Shown here one piece after another: positions 48,141 to 61,009 of a DNA stretch of 64,000 nucleotides (the stretch's first letter is position 1; each line of letters starts with the position of its first letter). The translations under genes were made by a program, and so were the position numbers. The notes beneath the pieces were generated by a model. The model searched no databases and was not told the DNA's origin. It was given only the letters and a program-made list of their open reading frames with translations. This DNA is from Octopus vulgaris (lineage: Eukaryota), in NCBI GenBank assembly GCA_951406725.2, contig OX597814.1:206522001-206586000 (forward strand), written 5' to 3'.

Positions 48141-50520
48141 ATTAACCTTCCTTTGATATTGCTGCACCTCTTATGTGTCCATAGCTTACACTGGGTACAT
48201 CTTAAGGAGTTTCTACCCACACCTTTTCTACAGATCAAGCAGGGCCACCTACCTGAAGGGGTGTGTGATGTGTTCACCTTCCTACTTACTAGAACTTTGG
48301 TCTTTGCTACATTGACTCTAAGGCCTTTTGATTCTAAACCTAGCTTCCACACACGAAATTTCTTCTCTAGTTCCAGTAGTGATTCTGCTACGAGGGCCAG
48401 GTCATCAGCATAGAGGAGCTCTCAGGGGCAACCCCTCTTGAATTCCTCTGTTATTGTCTGGAGGACTATGATGAATAAAAGGGGACTGAGGGCTGAACCT
48501 TGGTGGACCCCTACTTCTACCCAGAATTCTTCACTATACTCATTGCCAACCCTAACCTTACTAACAGCATCTCTGTTTAGGGCCTGTACAGCCCTTATTA
48601 ACCATTTGTCTATCTCCAGTTTCCACATCACCCACCAGATAAGGGATCGGGGGACCCTGTGAAAGGCTTTCTCCAAGTCCACAAAGGCTAAGTATAGGGG
48701 TTTATCTTTGGCTAGGTATTTCTCCTGCAGTTGTCAAACCAGGAATATGGCATCAGTGGTGCTTCTGCCTGGAACAAAACCGAACTGTATCTCATCTAAG
48801 CAGACTCTCACCCTAATGAGATGGGCTATGATCCCCTCTATCACCTTCATCACCTGATCCAGCAGTTTGATTCCTCTGTAGTTATTTCTGTCTAGAGCAT
48901 CACCTTTACCCTTGTAGCAGTAGACTATGGTGCTGCTATGCCAGTCATTGGGTATGACTCCGTTATGAACTACCTGGTTTACAATGTGGGTGACTAGGCC
49001 ATAGCCCACACCACCAGATATTTTAAGCATCTTAGCAGTGATTCCTGATCAGGTAGGGGCTTTTCCTGGCTTCATACCCTTAATTGCTTTATCTACCAAG
49101 ACACTGTCTATTGGGATATCTGGTCCCTCTACTGGGTCAACATTTGGCAGGCTTTCCTCCTCCCATTCATTCTCCATATTCAGCAGTCTCTCATAATGGC
49201 TTCTCCAAGCCTCTTTCTTTTCAGAATCACTAAAGGCAAGTGCACCATCATCCATTCGAACACATTTCTTTCCTGTGACATCACAATTTTCTCTCACACA
49301 CTCTCTTGCAATCCGAAATACTTTGGCAAACTTCTTCTTTTCCACTTCTCCCTTGGCCACGTACACCTGCCTCCCAGCCTCCCTTTTGGCTACGTGGTAC
49401 AGTTCCCTGCTACCCACATCCTTCCAGGCTTTCCAGGCCTGTTTTTTTGCTCTAATGGCTTTGTCTACCGTTCTATTCCACCACCACGTAACTCTGGGTC
49501 TGGAAGGGACTTTGCACCATCTGCAGACTTGGTCAGTGGCACTCAGCAAGCTGTCCCGTAGGAATTCCTAGCTACTTTCTATGTCCGACGTCTGAAGCTC
49601 CTCCTCCCTCTCATCAAATTTCTTGATGAGGATGTCCCTAAATCTCTGACCATGTGAAGGGTTCTTTAGCTTCCAAATCCTTCTTTTCTGGATTGGTCTG
49701 TTTCTTGGAGTCCTTCTGGCTTCAAGCTTAAAGTCACTAATGATTAGCCTATGCTGAGGGATACATTCTTCACCCAGGAGGGTCTTTGTATTTAAGAGCG
49801 ACCCTGCATCCTGCTATCTGGTGAGGATGAAGTCTATTTGGCTAGCGGAATCTCCTGACTGATAGGTTATCAGGTGGCAGTCTGGCTTCCTGAAGTTAGT
49901 GTTGCAGATTAAAAGGTTACATGCATCACAGAATTCCAGTAGCCTCGTGTACCCCAGTGAAGATTCCAGATACCTGCCTAACATGCCCATTAAAGTATCT
50001 AGCCACAAAGATGAGGTCATTTCCACTCATCTTTGAGGTAGCCTGTAGAAGGGTTTCATAAAAGTGGTCCTTCTGATCATTTGGTAACCCCGCATGTCGG
50101 GTGTAGGCAGAGATAATTGTTGCTGTGCTGTTCTGTAGGGCTAGCCTGATCTTAAGCACTCTATCGCATACCCTGACAACCTCTATGACCTTTTCCACCC
50201 ATTTCTCTTCAAGGAGTATGCCAACATCCCCTACACCATCCATGTTACCTTGCCAGAAGACCTTATACCTATGTGCCTTGCCTGTGAGGACCCTAGCTGA
50301 AGCCCCTCTCCATCTTACCTCTTGTATGCAGCATACATCAACCCATCTCCTTTCAAGCATCTCTACAATCTCACTAGATCTACCTTTCAGTGTGCCAACA
50401 CTGACAGTGCCAACTCTGAAAACTGGGAAGGTAATGTGGAGTGAGGTTTGGGGAGGAGGGATGTTATTTAGTGCCTGAAAAGAAGAGGGTTGTTGTGGTG
50501 TTCGTCTTTTAGGCATGTTT
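48141..50520 (-). mobile_element. RTE-clade LINE (APE endonuclease plus RT), 3'-truncated, decayed
   Basis: VGTVSVGTL, DVCCIQEVRW, SQIDFILTR, TWWWN, YKGKGDALDRNNYRGIKLL, QFGFVPGRSTTDAIF, DLEKAFHRVPR, GVHQGSALSPLLF, LLYADDL and GLRVNVAKTK, then a Cys-rich insert WPCLIC...CTQCKLWTHKRC. Confidence 0.92.
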
Positions 50521-52084
50521 CGTTGATCTCCCTTTCGACCTGAAAACATTCAAGCATGTTTGATTGCTGCCCTTACTGGAGGTAGGAGCTAGTGTTAACA
50601 GCGTTGTAAGCAGTTATCGTTTCTGCCAACTCCTCCTCCCGAATGGTGTTGTTCTCTATATTACCTGCACTCTCTCTTTCTCTATCTCTCTCCCTCTCTT
50701 TCTCTACCTGCCCCCCTCTCTCTATCTCTCTCCTCCTTCTCTACCTCTCTCCCTCTCTTTCTCTATCTCTCTACTGTGACAAGTGCAACCAGGTTCGGCT
50801 ATATTTCATTCCATTTTCGTTGTCTAGAAATATGCCAACAACTACCCATTTCCTTGGCCTTGGGAAGTAAATGTAAAAGCTATTTGGCTGTCTGTGCATG
50901 CTTGTTTCCTTTCTCTTTGTCTGAACCCTTCCCCGCTGGTGGTACCCGCCATTATACCTGCAAGCCCCTCTATTTGGACAAACTAGACCAGCTTTCAGCT
51001 GACACCCCGCCCCTGGAATATCCATATTTCTGCTACACCGCTTAAATCTACATCATTCAATGACCATAATGCTTATGCTTACAACGCTGCTAACAATAGC
51101 TCCTACCTCCTGTAAATTTCAACTATATATATATATCTAAATTAAATTAGAGATAAAACCACTATTATGCAAATCAAACAGTGAAAAACATAAACCAAAA
51201 CATAAAAATAAATATAATTAATATAATATACAAAATATATAAAATATAAAATTATTTAAATTTATATTTATAAATAAATTTATATTTATAAATTTTTAAT
51301 TTATATTTATAAATTTTAAATTTATATTTATAAATTTTTATATTTTTTTATATTATTTTGAAAATTTTAAATTTATATATTTTTAAACTTTTAATTTTTA
51401 AATTTATTATTATTATTTTCATTTTTATTTTTCTTAATTAATTAATTAATTTTTTATTTATTCATTTATTTTTTTATTAAAACGTATTAAAAAGTTCAAT
51501 ATGATATAATAAGTATTTACTTATTACTTATTATATTATATTAAACTTTTTAATAGCCTTTCTTAAGAAGTGAAACCATTAGACTTTTATTTTTTTCGTT
51601 TGAAGCGATCACTTCGTAAACAAATTTACGCAGATTGTAAACAAACACAAAATGGGGGTTCAAAGTTTGAAAAATTTGTGAAGCAAATACTGGGCACTGC
51701 ATGGATTTAGTTTTTATACAGGGAAAATAATGTTAGTCAGCATGGCCTAGGGAACGATGTGGTTTGAAATTTATCATTTCCATACCATAACCAGGGTCGT
51801 ATATTATTTTTTGACCTATTTCTTTAGTTCGGTCAAACTTGCAGTGGATTCCAGTAAAGAAATAAATAAATAGAAATATATATATATATATCTATGTATA
51901 GATAAATAGATAAATAAAATAAAATACAAATTAAGATGAGTACAAAGATAATCTTAATATATAAGGCTGCCAAACAAATACAGAGAGAGAGAGAGAGAGA
52001 AGAAGAGAGATAGATATAAACAGATATACATGTATTTGTATACGTATAAATACATATGTACATACATACAAATATACATACATA

Positions 52085-52490
52085 GCAACATATGGATGCG
52101 AGACCTAGACACTAAAGAAAGCTGACCAGAGGATAATTAATGCATTCAAGCTTTGGTGTTGGAGAAGACTTTTACGGATTCTATGGACAGCGAGGGTCAC
52201 CAATGGAGTAGTTATTAAGCAGATCAAGCCGAAAATGTCGCTAGAAGCTAGGATCACCATTGGCATATTTCGGTCATATTATGCGGAGAAAATCCCTGGA
52301 GAAGGACATCATGCTCAGAATGGTCAGTGGCAAGAGAGGAAGAGGCCGACCAAGAACCTGCTGGCTTGACATCATCAAGAGGGATACTGGAATGGACATA
52401 GCCAATCTGAAAGAAGCGGCTCAGGATAGAACTGACTGGAGGACACTGATCCAACGAGTGACCGAGAGTCGATTTCGACTGAGTGGATAG
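52085..52490 (+). mobile_element. BovB-like RTE 3' end with (GATA)n tail
   Basis: YGCET, INAFKLWCWRRLLRI.WT, YFGHIMRR.SLEK.IM..MVSGKRGRGRP...WLD.I and AQDR..WR. Confidence 0.9.
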
Positions 52491-52608
52491 ATAGATACAT
52501 ACATACAAATACATACATACGAACATCCATGAAAATAGATACATACAAACATATATAGATGATAATAATAATAATGATGATGATGGTAACAATAATGATA
52601 ATAATAAT

Positions 52609-52649
<41 letters not shown>

Positions 52650-52987
52650 AGATAGATAGATAGTAAATGAGCTATAGGAGTGAAATATGAATGATGTAAA
52701 ATGGGGAATTAGGTTTTGCTAGGTTGATTCAAGAGATTGCTTATCTGAATGACTTTGCAGCCTTTACTCCATGTGGTAAGCTGTCTATTTTAAAAATAAC
52801 TGGGTGAACTTTTGAAAAACTTTGGCTGTTACTTCTAGCATATCTGGACTGTTTGAAGGCTACATGTACTTCAGGTTTACATCAGGCATGTTAAGTGGAT
52901 GTTTATGATGTGGATAGCACAGTATTGTTACATGGATGGTGAGTAACTTGTATTTGTTTAGCATTAAATCTTGGTTTTATTTTGCAG

Positions 52988-53185
52988 GAATATCTGTCTC
53001 GAATATGGGAGGAGATGAAGAGGGCAGAACGATATTGGTGTCAGGAGTCCCAACTGATTTCTGTTTGGAAGCCATTCAGTCTTATTTTGAGAACAAGAAG
53101 ATATCAAGTGGAGGACCTATTAAAGGAATCCCAGAACGGATCCAAGATTCTGGGGAAGTTATTATCACATTTGAATCGGAAAAAG
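52988..53185 (+). CDS. Exon of a PARP14/PARP10-like gene (N-terminal RRM-type domain)
   Basis: Acceptor ttttattttgcag| and donor AAG|gttaga; 198 bp, phase 1-1. Protein (MGGDEEG)RTILVSGVP......IQSYFENKKISSGGPI.......GEVIITFESE matches the YFEN..sGGG...itF signature of the RRMs in PARP14/PARP10 and relatives (NMI/IFI35, DTX3L). Confidence 0.75.
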
Positions 53186-53586
53186 GTTAGAAGAAATATT
53201 CTTTATTTCATGAAATCATTTACAGACAATTTGTGAACACATTAGATTAATATAAAGCAATGTTAACCACCACCATCACCACTGTCATCATCATCAATTT
53301 TCCATAATGGAATGTGTTGAATAGTTTGATAGGATCATAATGAAGAGGTCTCATCACTGAAACATGCCTGGAGTTGTCTCTCTATTGCTAAATATATTCT
53401 TTATTTGGGAAATAATTATGGGGAAAATATTCTTTATTTGGGAAGTAGTTATGGGTTGGTGAGAGAAAGGGCATCCTGCTTTATATTGCTCCCTCAAATA
53501 CCCACAATAGCATAGAAAAAAAACAAACAAACATAAAATGAATGTCATGTGTCAGATCATAGATTTGCAATATAATAATAGAAACA

Positions 53587-53805
53587 AGGTGGTGAGCTGA
53601 CAGAATCGTTAGCACACCGGGCAAAATGCTTAGCAGTATTTTTTCTGCCGTTATGTTCTGAGTTCAAATTCTGCTGAGGTCGACTTTATCTTTCATCCTT
53701 TCAGTATCGATTAAGCAAGTACCAGTTATGCACTGGGATCAATGTAATCAACTTAATCCCTTTGTTTTTCTCCTCTATGTTTAGCATCCTGGGGGTAATA
53801 CATAA
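53587..53805 (+). mobile_element. SINE family B
   Basis: ggtggtgagctgacagaatcgttagcac...gagttcaaattc...tttcatcctttc...aagtaccag. Confidence 0.8.
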
Positions 53806-54265
53806 ATAAATATAATAATAGAAGCAATTATTACATTTATATATTTGTTGTGCAAGATTTTTGATGTGAAATCGTGTGTTGAAACAGATATTGTTGTATT
53901 TCGGAATGGTCATTTTGCCAGTTTAGCCAATAAAAACACACACACTATATATCAGTGTTATTTATTTTTTACATTAATCTTAATCTTATTTCACCCAGAG
54001 TTCTATCGTCACACTTCTGTGACCTCATCAGTGGACCTTTGCTTTCTTCTTTCTTATTTGTGTGTCTCTCCTTACTAACGGTCAGCCATTTTGTATTTTG
54101 TATTCCTATTGTATGTGTCTTCATTTGCACATGCGTATACCCCTATGTGTGTCTATGTTTAGTTAGTGTGTGTGTGGGGGGGAGTGCCTGTAATATTTAT
54201 ATCGCCTGTTTATACACATTCATATAATTTGTTTTTGTTTATTTTGTTTATGTGTTTACACCTAC

Positions 54266-54314
<49 letters not shown>

Positions 54315-54498
54315 GTATAATAATAATAATAATGATAATAATAATAATAATGATAATAATAATAATAATAATAATCATAATAATAAAAATGTATATAGTT
54401 ATTTACTTCCATCTGTTTATTTATCTGTGTATTTTATCTTATTTATTATGCTTTCAGTTTTGTTTATATTGTAACCAGTTTATGGGGATCCTCTTCTG

Positions 54499-54930
54499 TC
54501 ATATGTTGTGGTGTGTGCTAGTGTTCCATTCTAGTTTCCTATTCAGGCTAGGTTTATCTCCTATTATGTGTGTAGCTTCCGTAATTTGTCTGATTGTTGC
54601 GTCTGTTCTATGTGTGGACAAGATTTTAACTTCTATGTTGTTGATTGAGCCCCTGTGTTCCTGCTCGGCATGTTGGTATAGAATCGATGAGCTCTTTCCT
54701 TCCTTAAGTTCTCTCCAATGTTTCATTTATCCGCTCTCCTATGCTCCATGCCATTTACCCTATGTACATCGTTGTCTTGTTACTGCATTGTCCCTCTATA
54801 CATCTTATACTATAGACTACATTTCTGGCTTTACAGTTTGTTTGTGGGCTAAATCTACACACAGTACAGTTCCTATCTGTACAGGGGGTTCTACTAAAAG
54901 GGTAGGTTCTACTGATTATGGATTTGATAA
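54499..54930 (-). mobile_element. Penelope-like element GIY-YIG endonuclease remnant
   Basis: C....C..C, NVVYSIRC...C....MYIG, EH......SS.LYQH...EH and R.I.EA.HI....PSLNR. Confidence 0.85.
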
Positions 54931-54949
54931 TAGAGGAATAATGCAGTAA

Positions 54950-55480
54950 CAAGACAAAGTACAAAGATCTTGAAATAGAAATTGGCAAAGTGTGGAACTT
55001 CAAGACTAAAACAATACCTATTGTCACAGGTACCCAAGGAGCAATAGCAAAAAGATCTGATTGCTACCTTTCTCTGATACCAAAAAATCCCAAGATGGAA
55101 GAAATTAAAAAAATAGTGCTCATGAGAACTGCCCATATCCTACATAAAATATTGCCTATGTAATTCCCCAAAACATTTAAATCCGTAAACAGTGTGAAAA
55201 TACTTTTAAATGTACATAACAGCAAACACCTTTTACTGTCACTTTAACATCAGAATATCATCCTATTATCAAATATATTTTTAAAACAAACTCATAATTT
55301 TCTTGTGTTTTCTTAGACATTCTCAAGAACAATTCTCTGTGCAAAACCAAAAATATGGCACACTAGTTATAACACCAGCATGAACTTCAAAATTGTTGTC
55401 TCTTAAGGTTTCTGGGTGAGTCAACTTGTAGAAAAGCAAAGCAAAAGCCAAACATAGAATAATAATAATAACAATAATAA
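54950..55480 (+). mobile_element. R4/Dong-clade 3' end terminating in (AAT)n
   Basis: KYKDLEIEIGKVWNFKTKTIPIVTG...TAHILHKIL, then the shared 3' UTR and (AAT)n. Confidence 0.8.
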
Positions 55481-56343
55481 TAACTGGGTCCTGAACACTA
55501 CGTACTTTTCAAAAAATAGCCCTGCAAGGAACCGCCCACATCCTATGCAACATACTATCGATTCTATAATACAACCTAAACAAACTAATATACAAACACA
55601 AGACACACTCTATACAGCAATTAGCCAGTGAAACAGACTTCCACCAAACTTTACACACACATTACTTATGCGCCAAGGATGGTCATGCACTATAACATTT
55701 CACCCAGAGCTCCTGTGTAAAGAGAGAAACAGGGGGAAAATGGTGTTTTACACGAATCTCTCTAAAAGCTTCTGCAGTTTTCAACTGGTTCTCTCTCTGT
55801 TTATTTCTCTCTTCCCTCTTTTTTCTCATTCTCTGTTTCTCTTGCTTACACATATTCTCTCTCACCCTCTGTAATAGTTCCTCTCTTTTCTATGTCTTTT
55901 TCTTTCACTCTCTCTCCCTCTCTTTAACTCACTCACACACTAACTTCTGTCTACAAATTGCCTTCCATGTATTTCAATTAGTCATATGTAAAAATCTCTG
56001 TTGTTATGGTTTTTGTGCGTTCTCCCTGGAAAATAGCTTACTTATCTTTAATTTTTGTTTACCCAGTGCGTTTAAATTCAGTTTTGCCACATCTGCCAAA
56101 AATTGACTTCAGTGCATTTCAATTTTGTTGTGTGTAAATATCTTTATCTTTACAGTATTTGTACATTCTCCCTACAACATTACTTTCCTTATTTTAAGCT
56201 TTTTGAACTCTGTCTATTTAAATACACTATTCACATTTCTCCCTCTGTCAGAAAACGTTCATGTGGTCATGCAGGCACAAGTATGACTGCTATGGGCCAC
56301 ATACAGCTGAGAAGCCTTTATTACTAATTAATGAGATTTCAAC

Positions 56344-56423
56344 AGTACCACTTAGCAGTCATGCATTAGAAAAAACTCTCCTAAGTACCACTTAGCAGTC
56401 ATGCATTAGAAAAAACTCTCCTA
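56344..56423. repeat. Exact 40-bp tandem duplication
   Basis: agtaccacttagcagtcatgcattagaaaaaactctccta occurs twice. Confidence 0.95.
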
Positions 56424-56505
56424 AAGTAGCAAAAGCTATTTTCTTCTAGAGGATATATACGCTCAAATGGGGCTTGTAAGTTCTGTTTACAAATCGACTT
56501 CCTTG

Positions 56506-56939
56506 TCTATATATATAACATTCTTTGTCTGTTTATCTGTCTGTTCCCTATGCATTCTCAAACAGCTCAACCAAATCAAATCAACTTCTACAAGGTAATA
56601 GTATCAGATCCTGTGAGTGTCAGCATGTAATTTTTTTCATTTTGATAAAACAAAATAACATTGGCACTGGTTTGGTATTATGTGTCAAAAGTGAAAGAAT
56701 AACATCTATATTGTAATGTCATATGAAATTGTTATACTTGTTTTCTTTCAATTTTAATTCTACTGTGATAACTAAATGAATAATAGTGGCTGTGTGGTAA
56801 GTAGCTTGTTTACCAACATCATGGTTCCAGGTTCAGTCCCACTGCATGGCACCTTGGGCAAGTGTCTTCTACTATAGCCTCGGGCCAACCAAAGCCTTGT
56901 GAGTGGATTTGGTAGCTGGAAACTGAAAGAAGCCCGTCG

Positions 56940-56972
<33 letters not shown>

Positions 56973-57605
56973 ATGTGTGTGTTTGTGTGTCTGTGTTTGT
57001 CCCCCTAGCATTGCTTGATAACCGATGCTGGTGTGTTTATATCCCCGTTACTTAGCGGTTCGGCAAAAAGAGACCGATAGAATAAGTACTGGGCTTACAA
57101 AAGAATAATAAGTCCCGGGGTCGAGTTACTCGATTAAAGGCGGTGCTCCAGCATGGCCGCAGTCAAATGACTGAAACAAGTAATAGAGTAATGTGAACAA
57201 CATTACTCATCGGCAACTTTCCATCTTTACGGCCACCACAACAGAATGGTGTGTCAGTGTAGATGCGTTGACCAATATAATGAATGCCTGAAGGTGAAAC
57301 TCGTGACAAAAAACAATTTGATGGCAAGTCCAAGGTATGTGATAATATACGTTTACCATTCAATTACAACTTAATAATTATTGCACCAGTTGCTAGGTTA
57401 CAAGGGATTTACAATTACATATTTACCATTAAACTAATGTAGTATCAAAACAGAAGGGAGATGTGACTTTGCCAGAGAGAAGAAATGCATGTGGCTGCAC
57501 ATCAGATAGTATCTTAAGACTGAAGGGAGATGAGATTTTCTGAAGATCAGCAAAGGCATTCTGCCTGGCATCAGATGGATTCTCAAGACAGAAGGGTGAT
57601 GAATC
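56506..57605 (+). mobile_element. Decayed Helitron 5' part with ~2.5 degenerate copies of the 69-bp STPR-like unit (57440-57605)
   Basis: TCTATATATATAAC...tgtctgtttatctgtctgttccctatgc head; gagatgagattttctgaagatcagcaaaggcattctgcctggcatcagatggattctcaagacagaag matches the array unit. Linkage of head and repeats into one element is inferred. Confidence 0.55.
56785..57190 (+). mobile_element. SINE family A, near full length
   Basis: gtggctgtgtggtaag...ggttcagtcccactgc..ggcaccttgggcaagtgtc...aaatgactgaaacaagtaa. Confidence 0.9.
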
Positions 57606-58329
57606 TTTGTTCAAAGAGAAAGAAAAATTATTTTGTGAATCTTCTCAGTTTATAAAACTTTTCTGAATGTATATTTTGGAAAATTTCAAATTGTAAACTC
57701 AAAATATTTTCTTACTTCTTTTGTAAATTCACTAACTCGATAATAATTCTGTGATACCCGGGAATAAAATGATTTAATATTTTGTCTCTGTTTATATATA
57801 TATACGCATGTGTGGGTGTTTTACCAATACCATAAGTCCACATGTTTTCTCTTCAAATACTTTTCAACAGCAACAACAATAAGAGACCTAGCCTCAACCT
57901 TGATTCAATGTCAGTTGATGACCTACTTAATGAAACAGTCAGCTTTTCAGATTCCATTTGTTACCCAGCAACCAAATGTAAACAGTAGCAACAAGAATCA
58001 CCACAGCAATAACAATTACAGCTACAACAACTACATTACTGACCGTTCTACAGTACATGTGCATGTGCGAGTGTATACACACACACAGATATGCACATGT
58101 ACATGCACATATGCGTTTGTAATTACCCATATGTTTTCACCTACCACTAAAATCAAAGGAGATCAAATTTATTGCCGCTTTAGCGACCTCAGATCTTTTG
58201 AAGATGTTGAAAGCAACCTGTTGTCACTAAAGTGTCTAAAATTTGATAACTTTTCAACTTTCTACAAACACAACCAGGCTGAGATAATGCATTCTTCCAA
58301 GAGTGAATAAAAGAAATTCTGAAACTGGA

Positions 58330-59200
58330 GGGGTTGAAATTCTAACACCCCATAGCCCCCATAAACCAAGTTGCATTTCGTGCATTCTGCCATGAACACA
58401 GCAAAATGTAAAGCTCTACATTTCCCACCTTCTGTATAAATCATAACATTTCTGTTATGATTCCTGACGTGACTCATGTTGTCACACAGTGAAGAGGGCT
58501 TACCTCTCTTGCGGCTGTTTTTCAAGGTACTGCGTGCAGATACCCCAATGTTAGTTTTCTCGGAGTTAGAAGTAGAGGTTAAAAGGTCCCTTATACTCTG
58601 TCGAATGGCTACAATGGGTGGCTGAGGAAATATTTGTTTGAAACAAGGATATTTTTCTGCAACATGCTGGTAACTTTCTTTCAACGCTTTTGAAATGCCA
58701 GTGAAATTTTGATGCCAGTTAATCACTAAAGCATTTCTGTCACACATTCTATTGTGTTTGCTAAAATTATGTGTAAATTGGGCTTAACTTTCTTGGCTAA
58801 TCTTAGCTATGTCATTTGCTATTTCCTTTAATCGTGATTCACTGTAACTGCATTTGACATAATGATGTGCAAAAACATTTGCATGTTTCTAGTAATCCCT
58901 TATGTCAGTACGAATCTGTTTTATCCTCAACTATTGGGATTTGGGATTTGACCAAATTATATACTGTGGATGATCGGTGGTGGGAGTAAATGTGGGATGA
59001 CATAGGCTTGCAAAGTAACTCTGTCACTATTCTGCCTCCAGAAAACTTAACTTTTGTGTCCAAATAATCAATGCTAGTTTTTGAAAAACTAGACGTAAAT
59101 TTTATGTTGGACTTAAAGCCACAGTTTTTAGCATAACAGTCACAGAAATGCAAGAATTTAATTAAACTATTCTGTGATCTTTTCCAGACAAAATAATTCT
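58330..59200 (-). mobile_element. Penelope-like fragment (RT end, thumb, start of GIY-YIG)
   Basis: SNIKFTSSFSKTSIDYLDTKV, FPQPPIVA.RQ.IRDLL and VFMAECTKCNLVYGG; homologous to 61130-61700 in inverse orientation. Confidence 0.8.
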
Positions 59201-59204
59201 GTAA

Positions 59205-59885
59205 ATGGAAAAAAATAATTTTATGAATAAGGCCAAATCCAGGATTTTACAGTCAGAAAGAGGAACACCTGTATTTTATGGTCTCCCTAAAATAGACAAA
59301 AAGTTCAAAAAATTTCCTCCAATGCGCCCAATTTGCCACACACATGTCTATTGTACAACCAAAATGTCGAAGTGGCTAGATGGCTTTCTACTCCCTGTTG
59401 CAAAAAGATCAAGTTCCTATATTCAGGATACTTGATTTTACATCTAACATAAACAACCTTTTTAGGTACTGAAGCAATGTTGAAAGCTGTTTTTTGGTAA
59501 TCATGGATGTTTCTTTCTTATATCCCAATATTAACCACCATACAGAGGTAGAATTATGCATGGATGCCTTTGAAAAATAGCTAAACAAAAGTATTTCCTC
59601 AAATTTTCTCTGTAGGCTGTTAAAGCTTGTGTTACAAAGTAACACAATGAAGTTTGGACAAACATTTTACCACCCAATAAAGGTTTATGCCATGGGTACC
59701 CCTATGGCAGCTAATTTTGCTAATCTCTTTGTGAGGAAATTCGAGACACAGTCACTGAAGGCATTCAAATTCCTACATGGTCATCAACCAATACTCTGGT
59801 CACGGTTCACTGATGAAGTCTTTTTTTTTGGTAAGGATCACTGGGTAGTTTAATTGACATCTTGCATTTCTGTGACTGTTTACCT
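59205..59885 (+). mobile_element. Penelope-like RT fragment
   Basis: FYGLPKIDK...PPMRPI, SYIQDT, MDVSFLYPNI, AMGTPMA..FANLF and WSRFTDEVF. Confidence 0.85.
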
Positions 59886-59949
59886 TTGTGAAGAGTTACG
59901 TCAATCTTTTTGAAATAATATAATACTGATAATAATAATGATAATAATA

Positions 59950-61009
59950 AAATCTGACATAGAAAGGTTGTATATACAATGTATAGAAGGTGGTAGAAAA
60001 CTATTACAAAATAACCACCATAAGACTGCAAAAATACCTATTTCAGAAGGAAAGAAAACTAATACAAAAAGCCACAAAACACACACAAAAGAAAAACTGT
60101 TTTTAGTCTTTAAGGAAGCTAACAAATGCAAAAAAGAAGTTATAGTACCGAACAACTATGAAGAAAAAGAAGAAACAACAAAAAGTGTAAAACAAATGAA
60201 ATCCAAACTAAAACTAGAACAGCAACGGACCATGATAAAATGATGGCAAGAAAAACCTCTTCATAGCAAATACTGGACTAAATTAAATGCAAAAGAAATA
60301 GACAGAGAAAAATCCCAGCAATGGTTGAGAAGCTCAGGACTCAAAGCAGAGACAGGGGATTTTTAATTGCAGCACAAGACCAAAGCCTCCCCACCAGGAA
60401 TTACCAAAAACATATAATGAAAAGAAACATAACAAGTAACTGCAGAATATGTGGAGATGGACAAGAAACAATAAATCATATTATCTCTTGCTGCCCAGTC
60501 CTGGCTAAGAAGGAATATATTCACAGACACGACAAAGTTGGGGCCTACATATACTGGAAGCTATGCCAACATTATGGAATAACAACAGAAAAAAGATGGT
60601 ATAGGTACACACCAGAAAAGGTCACAGAAAATGAGAAAGCAACCATACTCTGAGATATGCCAATACACACAGATAGAGAAATTAAAGCTGACAGACCAGA
60701 TATAGTTGTTAGAGATCATGAAGAAAAAAATGCTTTCTAATTGATGTATCAATACCGGCAGATGACAACGTGTCTCTAAAAGAAATGGAGAAACTCTCAA
60801 AATACAAAGACCTGGAAATGGAGGTAACTCGAATGTGGATTCTAAAAACAGAAACAATTCCTATCATAGTAGCCATATTAGGTATGTTAAAAAAATATTC
60901 AGACAAATACATAACAAAAACACCAGTACTAACAAATATATATAACATACAGAAAATTGCACTACTAGGTACTGCACATATCCTATGCAAAACACTTTCA
61001 ACACAGTAA
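59950..61009 (+). mobile_element. R4/Dong-clade 3' portion (CCHC finger plus RLE nuclease) next to (TAA)n
   Basis: LIAAQDQSLPTRNY, CRICG...ETINHIISCC......YIHRHDKV, DRPDIVV, IDVSIP, KE.EKLSKYKDL and QKIALLGTAHIL. Confidence 0.9.

Noticed and set aside
47799-48413. Poly-Ser, poly-Glu and poly-Arg ORFs
   Set aside because: Translations of the (TCT)53 microsatellite joined to a truncated RTE.
51700-51760. Plus-strand micro-exon (tttatacag|ggaaaataatg...atggcc) upstream of the RRM exon
   Set aside because: The candidate ATGGCC is followed at once by TAG and there is no convincing donor.
57810-58310. 166-aa ORF as a further exon of the PARP-like gene
   Set aside because: No recognisable motif or splice signals, and it includes microsatellite-derived sequence.
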